The notes under the pieces were generated by a model, which had not been told where the DNA came from, searched no databases, and saw nothing but the letters and a program-made list of their open reading frames with translations. A stretch of 62,512 bases of DNA, counting the filler, from Choristocarpus tenellus KU-1152 (lineage: Eukaryota; Protista; Phaeophyceae), in assembly GCA_964200185.2 (NCBI GenBank). It is 8 parts of 8 records of this genome, joined end to end, with 100 filler letters (N's around TTAATTAATTAA, not from the genome) between each part and the next. Parts side by side here need not be neighbours in the genome. Positions count along the whole stretch, not along the records: positions 23,775 to 28,317 come from CAXNAD020014076.1; positions 28,418 to 39,489 come from CAXNAD020002521.1; 6 more parts are not named here. One strand, written 5' to 3'. This document shows positions 26,271 to 39,589 of the stretch, in pieces. The position numbers and the translations under genes are program-made. The first letter of the stretch is position 1. Each line of letters begins with the position of its first letter.

Positions 26271-26804
26271 ACCAACATATGCAAACCAATAAGTCTGTTT
26301 AAACACATTCGAAATCTGATACATGTGAACGTCGAAACTCCTAACCAAGCCCAAATAAATGGTGGCATATATTCCCATTCCTCGTGCGTGTGCAAATTTA
26401 CCTTGGGAGGTAATGCTATTTGTTGTTAGTAGTGAAGATAACAAGGTGAGAAGCCTCACACGACCCCCTTTGCTGAACGTGATTACATGGTTGAAATTAG
26501 AAGAGTGACCTTTGTGGGGTGTCTTCTCATTGCTTGTTTATTATTTATTTGTGCTTCCTACCTAAGTCAACAGTTATGTCAAAGTAGTTGAATGCGGAAT
26601 AAATACACATACATAATCCCATACATAATCCGGATGTACTATCTCATCCGTTACATCTCATGGACTCAATTCAACACAATAATCTCATATACACAAAATA
26701 AGGTACACTTCACCATTGTCCTATTTTGCGCACTCCCCCATGAGAGTGCAGGCAATGAAAGGAGTTGCTGGAACTCTCAAACCTAAAATATCTTATTGTG
26801 CACA

Positions 26805-26922
26805 CTCCCGTTCTGCACACTCCCCCATGATACTAGAAGTAAATATATATATATATATGTATACTCCCGTTCTGCACACTCCCCCATGATACTAGAAGTA
26901 AATATATATATATATATGTATA
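26805..26922 (+). repeat. Perfect tandem duplication of about 59 bp containing (TA)n
   Basis: ctcccgttctgcacactcccccatgatactagaagtaaa(ta)n-tgtata occurs twice in succession. Confidence 0.7.
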
Positions 26923-27792
26923 CCCTAACATCAATGCTGACTTTGGGTCTGTGTAGCTACAAAAAAAAATCAGTCGTTTAAACCTTTGTCCTACTGCAGC
27001 CTCATTTGGAAATATTCTCAGGTACTTTCTCCTGCAGTCTCCCACAATCCATGAAATAACAGGGTCCTTAGCAATGCATATAGCGTCTCCTACATTCAAC
27101 AAAACCTCCCTAGTACATCACTACTGCAGGTCACTAGAATAAAGTAATATGGTGGAGCTGTCACTTCCTACCTATCCTATCACAATCTCTACGAACACAT
27201 CCTGGGGTGTTTTCTACTGTGGGTCCTTAGCCATACCAAAAATGCGTCTCCCATGATCCACGAAATATCCCTAGTGTCACGCCTAAGGTGAATCTTTGGA
27301 AAAGAGTAGTACTTAACAATTGACTTATCACTGAAATACCATATACACACAAAAATGAGGAAAAGCTCTCCCTGACTAAAGTCAGTCTGCATACAGCATC
27401 ACAGCTGTCATTTGACTACTGTGGGGGTATGTACTAAAATACACAACAGATGGGGGACAAATTCAAATGAATCATTTGTAAGAACACAAGAGATGACAGT
27501 TGCAGAGAAAAAAAACATTCAGTTTCACCAAAATGAGAACCGATAATCATTTCAGTAAGGTCCTCTTGGTTCGAGGACGGAGGAGTCGTTGTAGATACCA
27601 TATACGCGTTCTTGTCCCCTCTTTTGCTGTTTCTCTTGTTGGACGTAGCACTCACTCCCCCTGACTTGAAGCCTATCATAATTGAATGTCTTGTGCATCC
27701 TCTTGTTGAGTGAAGTCCTTTGCTAGCAACCTTCCTCGCCAGGGTGCCTCTGATATAGAAGATGGTTCTTGATGGTCTGGAGTAGATATTAT

Positions 27793-28100
27793 TTACTTCC
27801 CAGACTTACAACTCTTGTGCAGGCAGCCCTTTGCTGACAAGCTTCCTCTGTTTTTCTTTTCTGACTCCAAACCTGGTTCAGCTAATTCCTCCGCCTGTTT
27901 AGAGAGTGTCGTTCTCCTCTTGCGACAACCGATCTGAACGTTTCCTTTACCTCCACAGTTGTAGCATATTCCTTCGAAAGAACAAGGACCAATATGCTTG
28001 ATCACACCACAGTTTAAACATCTTCTGTTGGTCCTGATCTCGTCTCTGGTAGGGGATCTTGTTGTAATATGGTCCATACGTCCACTAGTTGTGCCTTGGC
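27793..28100 (-). mobile_element. Decayed retrotransposon gag-like zinc-knuckle fragment
   Basis: RCLNCGVIKHIGPC...ICYNCGGKGNVQIGC, two degenerate CCHC knuckles in a short ORF. Confidence 0.6.
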
Positions 28101-28317
28101 CAGCTCCTCTGCTGACCTTCTGTGTTCTCTTCCATGAGTTTATGGTCCCAGCGGCTAGAGTGCTCCCAGGCTCCCCACGGTTAGCTCCTCCTTTCCTTTC
28201 TGGTGGAGGCTTAGTTGCTGCTCCTGCTAATATCCTGCTCCCCTAGTGGCAGGTACAGCAATTACTTTTCTCATTCCGTAAGCAAGAATCTTTGGGCCTC
28301 CGATCGATGGGCGTGCC

Positions 28318-28417
28318 NNNNNNNNNNNNNNNNNNNNNNNNNNNNNNNNNNNNNNNNNNNNTTAATTAATTAANNNNNNNNNNNNNNNNNNNNNNNNNNN
28401 NNNNNNNNNNNNNNNNN
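28318..28417. other. Artificial contig linker
   Basis: 44 N + TTAATTAATTAA + 44 N. Confidence 0.98.
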
Positions 28418-28477
28418 GGGAAGGGTCGTGGGGTGGGGTGAGGTGGGGGTGTCTGGGGGTGTGCGTTGGTTGTGTGT

Positions 28478-28531
<54 letters not shown>

Positions 28532-28720
28532 GTTTCACTTTTGAAGTAATTATGCACCTGAGTTGTAGCAGTGGTCTGGTTGTTGTACTGTGTTGGGAGG
28601 CGCTGTGTTCTGTTCTACACTTGACAGTTGAGAGGTTTGTTGCACACCTGTGCCCATGCCCTGGTTCTGCGCTGACGAAATGTAATGTGTTTTGTGTCGT
28701 GTGTATGTTTCTTGTACTAG

Positions 28721-31700
28721 GTTGGATGTGCATCTTCTGAGCACATACCTAGAGAGCTGCGTATCATGGGGCGTACGGTGTTGACAGAGAGAGGTTTGCC
28801 AAGATGGTATGATCTACCGATGACAGATGAGGAGGTGGAACGGGGAATTTCTGCTGGTGAGAAGTAACTGCTGGGAATGGCAGTTACAAGATAGTCAATG
28901 TTGTTGCTGAAGGCCAAGTTTTGTTTGATGCTGGGAATTGGACAAGGCCTTGGTTTAGGGCTGGTGCCGTTGTTGATGCCGGGGCCGGGAGGACAGGGGT
29001 GGCAGTTATGGCACATTGAAGTTGTTCAGTACCTGAGGGAAATGTGACCCAAGCGTTCTGACAATACATGGCTTTTATCATCATAGCCCATTCCCTGTTT
29101 TACATTTGAAAGGGAGGGTAGTGCATTTAGAAGGAGTTGAAAATACAAGGTTTGGAGTATCAAATCCTAGATCATTTGCACTTGATGCAAGATATATTTG
29201 TAGGCCCCTATTGGATGAGGGAGTCATATTCCTACCAGGAGACCAATCACAGGTAACTTGTAATCTTTCTGGCAAGCTGTTTAGTGGTCTTGCACACGCC
29301 AGGCAACATTGAGATAACTAGAACGGTGCTTTTGTCCTGAATCTCGAAAATGGTGAGGGTAATGAGAAATGTTTCTTGGTTGGACCAGGTTATTGGAAGT
29401 TGTTTTGGTCACTGTACTAGCGACATCACTTTCAAAACAACTGACTCCTGTCCTGCATTTTTTTTTCTTTCAAATCTTTGATACCTTTTTAAGTAGTTTG
29501 ATTCTCCCCATTTTTCTTTTTTGTAGGAAACAAGTGTGTAGAAACAGATACACGTACAGTTTGGAGGCCTCAGTTTGTGTGTGCTGGCGTGTGATTATTC
29601 CTACTGCCCCTTCCGAGATGAAATTTGAAGTGTTTTGTGGAACTTTCTTAGGCATACTGTTTCGCATGGACAGTGATGAAGGAACCTCAATTATTTTCGA
29701 AATTGAGGACCAATTGAGGCAAGAACATGGCCAGTTTCTGACCCCCAACCCACCCCCCCAACCCACCCCTATACATGCCCCCTTCTTCAACACTCCCCCA
29801 CACCCCACCATTGTCTATCCTTCACAGGTGCTGTTGTGGTGAGCGTTTCGTCTTGCCATGACCCTAGCAATCATCCTCTCATTGACTCTCTGGAGGTATT
29901 CTCACTCCCTTGGATAGGGGGCAAGTTTGAGGACTGCCATGGAGGTAAGGGCGGAGGAGGTGAGCTCTTCCCCTCCCTTCAGACAGAGGCCCTAGGGAGC
30001 AGGGATGCCCAGCACGACAGTGGAGCTGAAGAGACCTTGCTTCGAGCACTTTGCTCGAGTTCCCTGTCACTAGCGCAGGCCCTTGAGGTGGTTGGCAAGA
30101 CAGGGGTGCTGCCAGGCGCGGGTGCATGCGTGGCGGAAGCTCCGCAACAAGGTGGTGGAGATGATGGAAGCAGTGGTGGTTGTGGTGATGATGTGGAGAG
30201 GGTCATTCGGAGGGAGCTCCAGGATTCAACCATGAGTGTGCTCTGCAAGACATGTCTGACAGCAGAGCGTAGACCATGGATTCTGGTCCGTTGTGCCATG
30301 AGGACCCTTCTGTCAAGAGCAGTTTCTGAACGCAGGGAATGTTCTCTGCTTCTTGACCGGGCAGACTTTGCCGAGGCAAGGAGTGCCCTGTGTGGTGTGA
30401 TGGGTGTAAGTGGATTGGGGCTGGGGCCAGGAATGGAGGCAGGGGAGGAGATGGTTGGGGTGGGGCAGGGGGGGACGAACATGGTGGCCCTATCCCAGGG
30501 CTCCCTCAGGCGTGTTGCGCAGCTGTGCAGACGCATCTGCATAGCACAACCCATTGCGCTGAGGCGGGACCTTGCGCCACTGGTGGAGCGCCTTGCTCAT
30601 AAGAGGGCCGTGCAAGAGATCTGGCAGGGCGGCAATGGTCAGTCTGATAGGTCGTCGGGAGTTGGGAGGGGTGTTGTGGCTGGGGCAGGCGGTGGTTATA
30701 GGGATGGGGTGACCCCTAGTCATGGGTTTGTCTTCCCAGCACTGATCTCCAGGTTCTGGGAGGCGTGTGTGTTGCGCCGTGAGAGGCGGGAGGGATTGGA
30801 GAATGTCCTATGGGATGTTCTAAGACTTGCGACCTGTGAGATGTGGACTGCTTCGACCGGAGCATCCCTTGATGCCCAAGCACTCACCAGCAGGGCAAGC
30901 AATGAAGCAGGAGGCAGCGATGGCAGCAGATGCAACCTTGATGATCCTATGGTGATCTGCAAGGAAGTTTCAGCTGAGGATGACAATGGTGAAGGAGTGG
31001 GGGGGGAAGAAGTCTCGAAGGAGATAGTGACTGAGCCAGAGACAGGGGCTGGAGATAGGACTGAAGTGGACCTAGAACCTCTTCATGCTGGATTGAAGGA
31101 ACTGATGCCACTCCTTACATCTCCAGTTGTACGGGTAGCGCAAGCGTCTGCCTCACAGCTGGCAACCCTGCTCCTGGGGGTCTGGCCAGATCCTTGCCCC
31201 GCTGCTTGTTCAAGAAAGGTGGCAGTTGGAAAGACTGAATCTAGTACTCTGGTCACTGTGTCGAAGGACTGTGGCACCGGTGCAGGAAAGGTGTCAGGCT
31301 CTTCTGTCAAGGAGGGACAGGTGGGCAGCGGAAGCGGTTCTGTGTCAACTGGTCTTAGTGAGAGTGCCATTGGTCTGATGTTGAGTGCAGGGAGAAATTT
31401 AGGCAGGGGTAAGGATGTAGAAGGGAATGAGGATGGGACTGCGGGGACAAGTGGTGGCAAGGAGGGATCAGCAGGGGCAGAGGCATCTGTTTCCCAGGGC
31501 ATTGATACTGGGGGTAGTGGCAGGGGTGGGGAGCAACAGAGTATACCCCACACTGTTTCGGGTAAGGGTATCCGTGTGGGTGAAGGCGTTGGTGGTGGTG
31601 AGAGCATGGATGAGGACAATCATTCAGAGGCGTCTGCATTCTACATGGCTCTTAGGGCTTCGCTCACTGATGGGGGGGGTGAGGGAGAGGGTGGTGGGGA

Positions 31701-34700
31701 GGGTGATAAGGTCCCTATGAACTTTGGATCGAGGGAGTTGGCAGGGCTGGACCAGGGGTCGTCATCAGCACCTCAAACCAAGGCAAATGAGAAGTCTGTG
31801 GTCAGTGGCACAATAGCGGAAGCAGTGACTTCAGAAGCAGTGACATCTTCTGGTATTGGGGCCACTGCCCTCCCCCAGCCACAACCGACCATTCCTGCAC
31901 CAAGCAAGGTTTGCTATCGCTGTGATGGGTGCGATCTCTTCCCACTGCAGCGTGTGAGGTTTCATTGTCTTGTCTGTCCAGATTTCGACTTATGCCCCCA
32001 CTGCTATGCTCTGTTTCATGGCCCAGAGAGCCACTTCCGCAGTACAGATGGAGTGCTGGGGACACACAGTGTCCTGCATGATATGGAAGCCCACCAGGTA
32101 CGGTTGTGATAACTCTGAAGTATTTTTATTTTTTATTTGTAAAGTTGAGTGACTAGGGGCATGCTATTGGTACACAAAGGTGGAGATCTTACCCCTCACC
32201 TCTGTGGACACCTCACCATATTGTTCAGTGGATACATGTATGTGTAGGAGTCATATATATAGTGGGGAGGTTTGCCATGTTTGTAGTACACTACAGCAGT
32301 ACTATCATGTTTGGTTTGGTTTCTCCCCGAGGCATTATTACTGTATGGCACATGCCTCCATATTTTTGAGATGGTTAACTCTATTTTTTCTTTTTGTTTA
32401 TTAGTTCTGTGTAAAATCTCAAGATTGGTCTACCCCCTTGCCCTTTCATCCTTCTTCTTTTGTCTCAAGCTCCTTCCTGTGCCTCAGACGGAGGTTGGCA
32501 ACCCAGGCCAATCTCAACTGGACGTGGAGATTTCAAGAGATGGTAACAGGGGTACAAATGGTGATGATGCAAACGAGCCTAGTACTGGCTTGAAGGACAT
32601 GATGGATGTGGTTGATGGTGAGGCTGAAGGCGGTGGTGGGGAGGAAGGTAATAGGGTGGCAGAGGATGATGAGGCCCTAGATGATGAAGATGACTTGGAA
32701 GAGGAGGAGGAGGATGAAGACGAGGAGGAGGAGGAAGAGGAGGAGGAGGTGGAGGGGGAAGAGGAGGATGAAGAAGTGGAGGGAGAAGGGGAGGGAGATG
32801 AAGAGGAAAGGGAAGGTGAGGGGGATGGGGATGGCTTGGACGATGAGGGAGATGGAGTGGAGGGAGGGGATGGAGTTGAGGAGGAGGATGAGGATGAGGA
32901 TGAAGAGGAGGAAAGTGAGAGAGAAGACCTGGATTTGGATTGTGAAGAGGCTGAGGAGGCGGTGAGGGCAAGGGTGTTGCCAGAGGTGGAGGGGGTGCTT
33001 GATCGGCCAAGGACAGGGGGGGATTTGACAACGGCGTCAGATGCAGCGGCAAGGGAAGCCAGGATGATGATGCAGTTATCTTCTCAGCTCTTTCCGCTAC
33101 TTGTTGACCAGCTTCCAGTGGTCCTGGAGGTCTCAGAGGGTGCTGCAAGGGTCGATAAAGGTGTGGGACTGGGGGGGCTATCTTGTTCTCATGTGTCTAT
33201 ATCCCTCTGTAGGTATGGTGAGATGCTTGTACTGCACTTGGTTTTTTGTTTATAGACAGGTGGCACTCGCGTTTTGCCACCGTGTTGTACTCACCTGTAG
33301 TGTTGATACTGCTGCAATTGTCAGCCTTGTGGATGTGGGATGGTTTGTGTTTTGTTGGAGGGGTGCAATGTAGTAATATAGAACTGCACCTCGAGTGATA
33401 AAACTGCACCTCATGTGATACAACTACACCTCAAGTGATAATACTGCACCTCATGTGATAAAACTACACCTCAAGTGATAAAACTATACATTCATTTCCC
33501 TTGCCATTCGTTACTATACCTGTATTTTGTCTTATACCTGCCCTCCAATGTTCCCCTCCCATCCTGAAAGCAGGTCGTGGTCAAAGTGGAGGTGGACGTG
33601 ATGGGAGGGGTGGCGTGGCAGCTGCCAGAGTAAGCTCAATTGGAGCATACCTTAGACTGTTACTTGCTCTGGTGATTCGAGCTCCGTCGGCGTTGGAAAC
33701 TGGCACACGAGCTGGCCTCCTCATACGGGCCCTGGCTAAGGCTATCATAGGGCAGACGCAGAGTCTGTTGGCGCGCAGCAGGGGGGGGGCAAGGCATTTC
33801 AATGAAAGGGCCAGTGCTGGCGTTGACACTGGCGAAAAAAGTCAGAGAGGTGGCAACGAGCAGTTGTTGAGAATATGTTCTTTTGAGACAGATTCAGCGC
33901 TCTTGTGTATGAGGACCCTCTACTACATGCTGGCATGGGCGATCAGCGGATCGGGAAGCAACAGGGCAAGTGGCCTCTCTTCAAGTCCAGGCAGTGGTGG
34001 TGGCGGCGGCGGTGTTGCTCCTTCGAGGGAAACCAAGGTGTCGGGTACGAGGGGGGGAAGCAAAGATGCTGGGAGAGATGTGGGACCTACTCTGTGCTCA
34101 GGACACCTGCTGCCAGCTAAACTGGAAATGGTGAAACGTGGTAGACTGGGCTCTGAAGGAAGAGGCAGGGGTGGGAGTGGGAGCGGAGTGATGGGTGGGG
34201 GCAGAAGTGCTGCTGACCGCCAGCTGTCTCAGATGTGCTGGGTCTGTCCTCTACCACCTGAGCTCCAATGTAAATACTCGAAAGCTTTCTTGGTGAGTCG
34301 AGGAAATTGAGGAGTCTAGGCTGGGGTTGTTGCCTTTGGGTTGCTCACTGTTGAGTTCTTATTATTGTAGCACAGGTGGGCTTAGAGACACCATGGGAGT
34401 ATGGGCATGGAACCTGGAGGGTTAAGCTAACTGCACTGGTAAGGCATTCAGATGGTTTTAGGTAGAGTTCCTGACCCCCAAATTTCTGAGATCTCCTTGA
34501 GTTGTTTTCCAGGTCTTGAGGAGTGTGTGTTAAGGGTGGGTGGGTTGAAAGGATCTAGTCAAAAGGGTGACATGCTCCGATCTTCCGTGTTGCTATTGCT
34601 CTGGGAGTACTTCAATGTGCATCGAAGTGGTACTTTTGTTTTGGGCGTGTCTCCTCTCAATTCCGCACATTCTTGTTGGGGAGCTTAAACCCTTTTTTGT

Positions 34701-37700
34701 AGTATCAACCGTGGGTCTCCTCCGTTGCTCTTTTTCTTGGTGCTTGTTCAGGCGTGTTTGTTGCCTTTTGTCAAATAATCGATCGTCTTTTTTTCGACGT
34801 TTTTTTTTGTTCTTTTGAGAACAAAAACGGTGCTCTCTTTTCTTTTTTTGCAACAGCATTTTCTGTTCTTTTGAGGAAGATTGTGAGGTTGGCATTTTTG
34901 TGATTGTCTTGCGATGTTTCCCATCCCTGATTGTAGTCCATCTCCCTCACTATTGTGTACAAGTTCTCTCTATCATCTCGTCCACCTCTGCATTACGACT
35001 GTACTGTCCCTGATGCTACCTCCTACACCTGCTCCCTCCTGCCCTCCCTTTGGCACCCTTGGCTGCTACCTCAGTCCGGTAATGAGGCATCGAAGGGCTC
35101 AAGTCGATCTGGGAGTAGAGGGGGGAAGGGGTTGAAAGGCAAGAAGGGCCACCGAGAAACTGATAAGTTTGGGGTGGGGGGGCGCATCAAGGGAAGTAGA
35201 CTAGACAAGGGAAGGCAGGCAACTAGGTCAGGGGGACTGCATCGCGTCAGTGTGGCACCAGAGGAAACAGCTGCAAAAAAAGCAGTGGCTGCCTCCTTCC
35301 AAAATTATCTCAACGAGATTCAATCAGGTTACCAATCAGGTGACCAAAAGAAAGACACAAAAGAAAAAAATGGCTCGACGGAGGTGGATGGCCTTTCCGT
35401 AAACGCATCGTCTGTTGAGTCTCGAGGGACGTGTGCGGATGACTCACAGGCACGCGCTCCTGTTGAGGTCGATGGTGTTGGTGGAGCAGCTACTGGTGCT
35501 GCTGTTAGTTCTTCCGTGGCAGGGGATGAGGCAGGGGTGGCAGCAGCACGCGGTGGTGGTGGTGGTGGTGGTGGTGGTGGTGGTGAGGGAGTTGATACCT
35601 TGGAAAGCGCCCTATGCTCTCTCCTTCAAATTGCGTTGCAATTGTTAGTGGTAAGAGGGGACGAATTGTCTTCTTCGCAGCCTGCTGGATCTCGTGCTAA
35701 CTCTGGCGGTTTCGGAAGTAGCAGCGGTGACGGTGGGTCACAAGCCCTCTCACAGCACCGAGAGTTGCTTGTGGAGTCGTTTGGTGATGAGGAGACAGAT
35801 GAGGATGGGGACGGGGAAGGGGTTGATGCCCTGGAATGGGGAAGGGACGGTGAGGGCAAGACCTCGACAGCTGGGGAAAGTGGTGTGAAGGGCACTGGTG
35901 GCAGAGATAGAGGTACTGCCTCGGAGAGTGCTCGTGTGACTGAGGCGGTGCAGGCCCTTCTGACAGGTCTCTTGGGAGGTAGGATGTCTGAAGGAGGATC
36001 AGGCTCTGGACTGTCATTGCCCTCTTCCACATCTCCTCTTGTCTCTCCCAGTGTGTTGTCTGCAACCCCTGGCGTTGCCGCGGGCAGTAGGAGTCGAGGC
36101 GCCGGAAGGAGCGAGGGCAGCAGTGCCAGGACTGCCTTTCGTAGTCGAAGTCTTGGCGCTGAGAAGGAGGATGGGGGTCAGAGCAGTAGGGGTGGAGGTG
36201 TGAGTGGGGTTGAGAGTAATGGGAATGGGAGTGTAGGTAGGGTTAGGGTTAGTGTGACACTCCCATCGGTTTTCCCCTTGATGCCAGTGGTACGAGTGAG
36301 CGCAGTTCATGGGGTGGATGCGGCAGGAGCAGGTACATCCTTTGCGTTGGTTGCTGAGGGACTGGCTAAACTTAATGTGGCACTGCGGACACCAGCTCCA
36401 GTGGTGCTTGCATCTGTGCTTGAGCTAGCCACTGTGAGTTGTTGACGTATGCTATAGTGGAATATTGGCATTTTCATTGTGGAGAACTCTTGGCTGCCCC
36501 CCCCCCCACCCCCTCTCTTTCGCTGTAGTTCCTACTCCCCTCCCCCCCCCTCCCCTCTCCCTTTCTCTACTGCCNNNNNNNNNNACGTATGCTATAGTGG
36601 AATATTGGCATTTTCATTGTGGAGAACTCTTGGCTGCCCCCCCCCCCCTACTTGCCCCCTGCTGTCTGCACACCTCTCACTCTCGTCTCTTATCTGTCTT
36701 GTACTCACATAATTCCTAAGTCACCGTTGCTGATCAGCCAAAGTTCTCTGTTTGTAAACCTTCCCTTCCCCTGCTTCCATTCGTCTTTTTTTTAAATTTT
36801 ATAACAATGGTATTGCAGCTGTTGGCGGGGCAGACCAACAAGCTTCACCCTCCTGGTGTGAAGGTATCACCAGAGGTAATGAGGCGTCCATGGCATTCAC
36901 GTTGGAAGGTGCTGTTGTGTTCAGTTATCATGGACAAGGATTATAGAACTCTGAGACACACGGCCAAGAGACTCCTGCGGAAGCTATGTGTGACTCAGGC
37001 AAGTGCAACTGCTTGGGCAGGAGAGTGGGAAATATGCAAGCTCAGAAAGTTGTACTTCAGATGATTTAAGTGCACTTTTGACAACACTGCCAATGTTCCA
37101 GTGATTTCCTCACAAATTTCGATCCCCCCCCCCCCCCCCCCCCTTCTTCCCTCCCCCCCCCCCCCTTTTTCTTTTTTTTTTTTTGGGGGGATATCATAAT
37201 TTTTTTTTTTGCTCCCACTTCTCCTTTGGGGGGCGGNNNNNNNNNNCAAATTTCGATCCCCCCCTCCCCCCCTCCTGTTCTGCCTGCACCCCGCGCTCTG
37301 TATACTTTTCATTGTGTAGGAAGTATATCATACTGTTCGTGACAGCTACCAGTTCACTGTGGAGCTGCGAAATATTTTGGAGGTGCTGACACCAGAGGCA
37401 TTGCATGCTGCTGAAGCTGTGCTTAACGGGACTGGGAGTATGGCCCAGGCGCAGAAGAGGTTTGGAGCTAAGGCGTCCTCGACAGAGCCAGCTGAGGACC
37501 TGCCATACAACATCCAGGTGAAGCTTGCACCATGAACACAATGTAGTACAATGATACTCTAATGTAGAGTGTAAATGAATTTACAGCTTTGCCCATGTTT
37601 TTTTGCTGTTGTGTGTGTGTGTGTTTGTGTGTCTTTGTCACTCCCTTCCTCTCCCTCATTTTTTCACCCCATCCATTCACGGCCTCCTGTACCGGCTCTG

Positions 37701-39489
37701 GTACCCCTTCCTGGTGCTGGAAACTCCTTGCATTTTTTTTGTGGTGATTAAAAAAAAGGTTGTTCTTCACCGGTCACTGAAGGATCTACTGCGGGCTGCT
37801 CAGACTCGACCATCAAACTGGAGACAGTACACTGCCCTTCCAAGCCTTCCTAGCCGTGACGATGCGTGCTTCTCTTCAGGGCTATCGCTGTCATCATCAC
37901 TGCTGGGGTTGCCGGTGTTGGATTCTAGCAGCGATCCTGCTGCGGGTGGAGTAGGTTTGATGGCAGAGGCTGCAGCAGCTGTATTGGAGGGGGGTAGGCT
38001 TGCAGGCATCTGTTTGCACCCCCCAATTTGCATCCTGTTTGCAATATGCGGGGAATTGACAGATGATCTTCTCCTTATGGTCCTGGAGCTGCTCAAGCTG
38101 GCAATGCAATCGCCCCGCCCGGCTGTGTCTGAAGTGGTTAGGGAAACAGGGTGGGGGACAGTGCGTTCCAAGTCAAGGGTGGGGAAGACCACACAGGAGG
38201 AGGCAGGGAAGGAGGAGCTCGAGGGGACGGGGGGTGCTGTATATGCCTTGAATGTATTGAATGGCGAGGCTCCTGCAACTGATGTCAATACTGATGCCAG
38301 CACTGCCAAGGAATCAAGGACTAAGAGTTGTTGTTCTCGAACTCGTGGGAAGGACAGCAAGCCAAAGGTCTCAATAGGTACAGCTTCGTCAGTTTCTGCC
38401 CCAAATCCCCACAGTTTGGCACCTACAACTGGGGGTGACTCAGGAAAGGATGGGGTGGGGGTGGAAAAGGGGTCTCCCTGCCCAGCACAGCTGCTCATAT
38501 CACGAGGGCTGGCACGACCAAGCACATTGGTGTCGTTGGCCCAGGAGCTGGTGCTGTTTGGCCCTGCGGCAGAGACACGAAGCAAGGCCGTGGGGGTTTT
38601 GCATGACCTATGGTCAGCGAGCCCATCGAAGGCTCAGTTAGAGGTGTGTACATATTTTGTTTGTGGAAGGTATTGTGATAGAGTGATAGTGTTTGGGCAA
38701 GGTGCTTTTGAGGGGCTGGTGGTGATTGGGTGAAGGTGTTTGGAATGGTGGGGCGTGCCTGTTTAGTGCGACAACAGAAGGATAATTACATCTGACCTCC
38801 TTAATTCGAGAAGTGGCAGAGACGCAACAAAGTTTAGGAAAATATCAAGGTGTTTGTAGCACATCATATAATGTGTTGTGTGTACCCACCCTTTGTCCCC
38901 TCCCTGTCTCTTCATGCCTCCACAAATCCAACCCTAACCCTGGCGCATACACGTAACCTGCAACCACTAAACTTTTACACCTCTTTTATTCCTAACAAGC
39001 CAAACCTCCAATCTTGTCTGCAGGTGATTCAGCAATTGTCACCGCAGCTACTAGAAGCATTTCGCTATGGTTCTCGTGGTAAAGAATTGCTAAAGTTTCT
39101 TGTTGAAGCCCTGGCCACAGGTCCGCCCTCTTTAACCCCCCTGAATGCGGAGGTGGTGAGTGGTGCCTCTGGGAGTGAGGGTCAGCTCAAGGGTTGGGGT
39201 AGTGAGACCCTGCATGCCCTTGTGGCTGCTATGAAGATCGCAATCCAGGAACTTTCCTTGTCTCTCTCCAATCACCCAAATGGAGGCTTGTACCAGGCCA
39301 TTGGTCGGCTTGTGCTAGGGGCTGGGCATCACCTGGAGCTGGAGCCTTGCACACACTGCCACGGGGCCGTAAGGGTGCCGCCAAGGGTAGTGGCAACTAC
39401 AGGTGCTGGTGCATCTGCAGGAGGACAGGGGACCCTGGCGGGTCAGTTGCGGCAGGGTGGAGGTTCTATTAAGACTGAGACGGGGGGGG
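28721..39489 (+). CDS. UBR4: E3 ubiquitin ligase UBR4 / BIG / Pushover-like protein, internal part (both ends outside the contig)
   Basis: Phase-consistent exons about 28721-28856, 29828-32097, 32470-33160, 33574-34292, 35075-36433, 36819-36998, 37320-37517, 37759-38643, 39024->39489. UBR4/BIG-type motifs: [20 protein letters not shown]; PLIDSLEVF; ZZ finger [29 protein letters not shown]; [28 protein letters not shown]; [30 protein letters not shown]; [14 protein letters not shown]...LELEPCTHC. Confidence 0.85.
33381..33486 (+). repeat. Intronic minisatellite, 20-bp unit x about 5
   Basis: Consensus aactRcacctcaWgtgataa repeated five times. Confidence 0.85.
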
Positions 39490-39589
39490 NNNNNNNNNNN
39501 NNNNNNNNNNNNNNNNNNNNNNNNNNNNNNNNNTTAATTAATTAANNNNNNNNNNNNNNNNNNNNNNNNNNNNNNNNNNNNNNNNNNNN
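39490..39589. other. Artificial contig linker
   Basis: 44 N + TTAATTAATTAA + 44 N. Confidence 0.98.

Noticed and set aside
28362-28740. Poly-Pro / poly-Gly ORFs (also 52801-53070)
   Set aside because: Produced by G/C homopolymer runs at contig ends.
33381-33486. 20-bp repeats as a possible CRISPR-like array (also 61024-61080)
   Set aside because: Head-to-tail with no unique spacers, eukaryotic context and no cas genes; these are ordinary minisatellites.
36445-36650. Direct repeat of about 62 bp either side of a 10-N gap (similar case at 37113-37270)
   Set aside because: Typical scaffolding overlap artefact at poly-C tracts.
29879-38585. Long antisense and alternative-frame ORFs (e.g. 32579-33148, 37800-38585, 29979-30554)
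   Set aside because: Shadows of GC-rich, low-complexity UBR4 exons.
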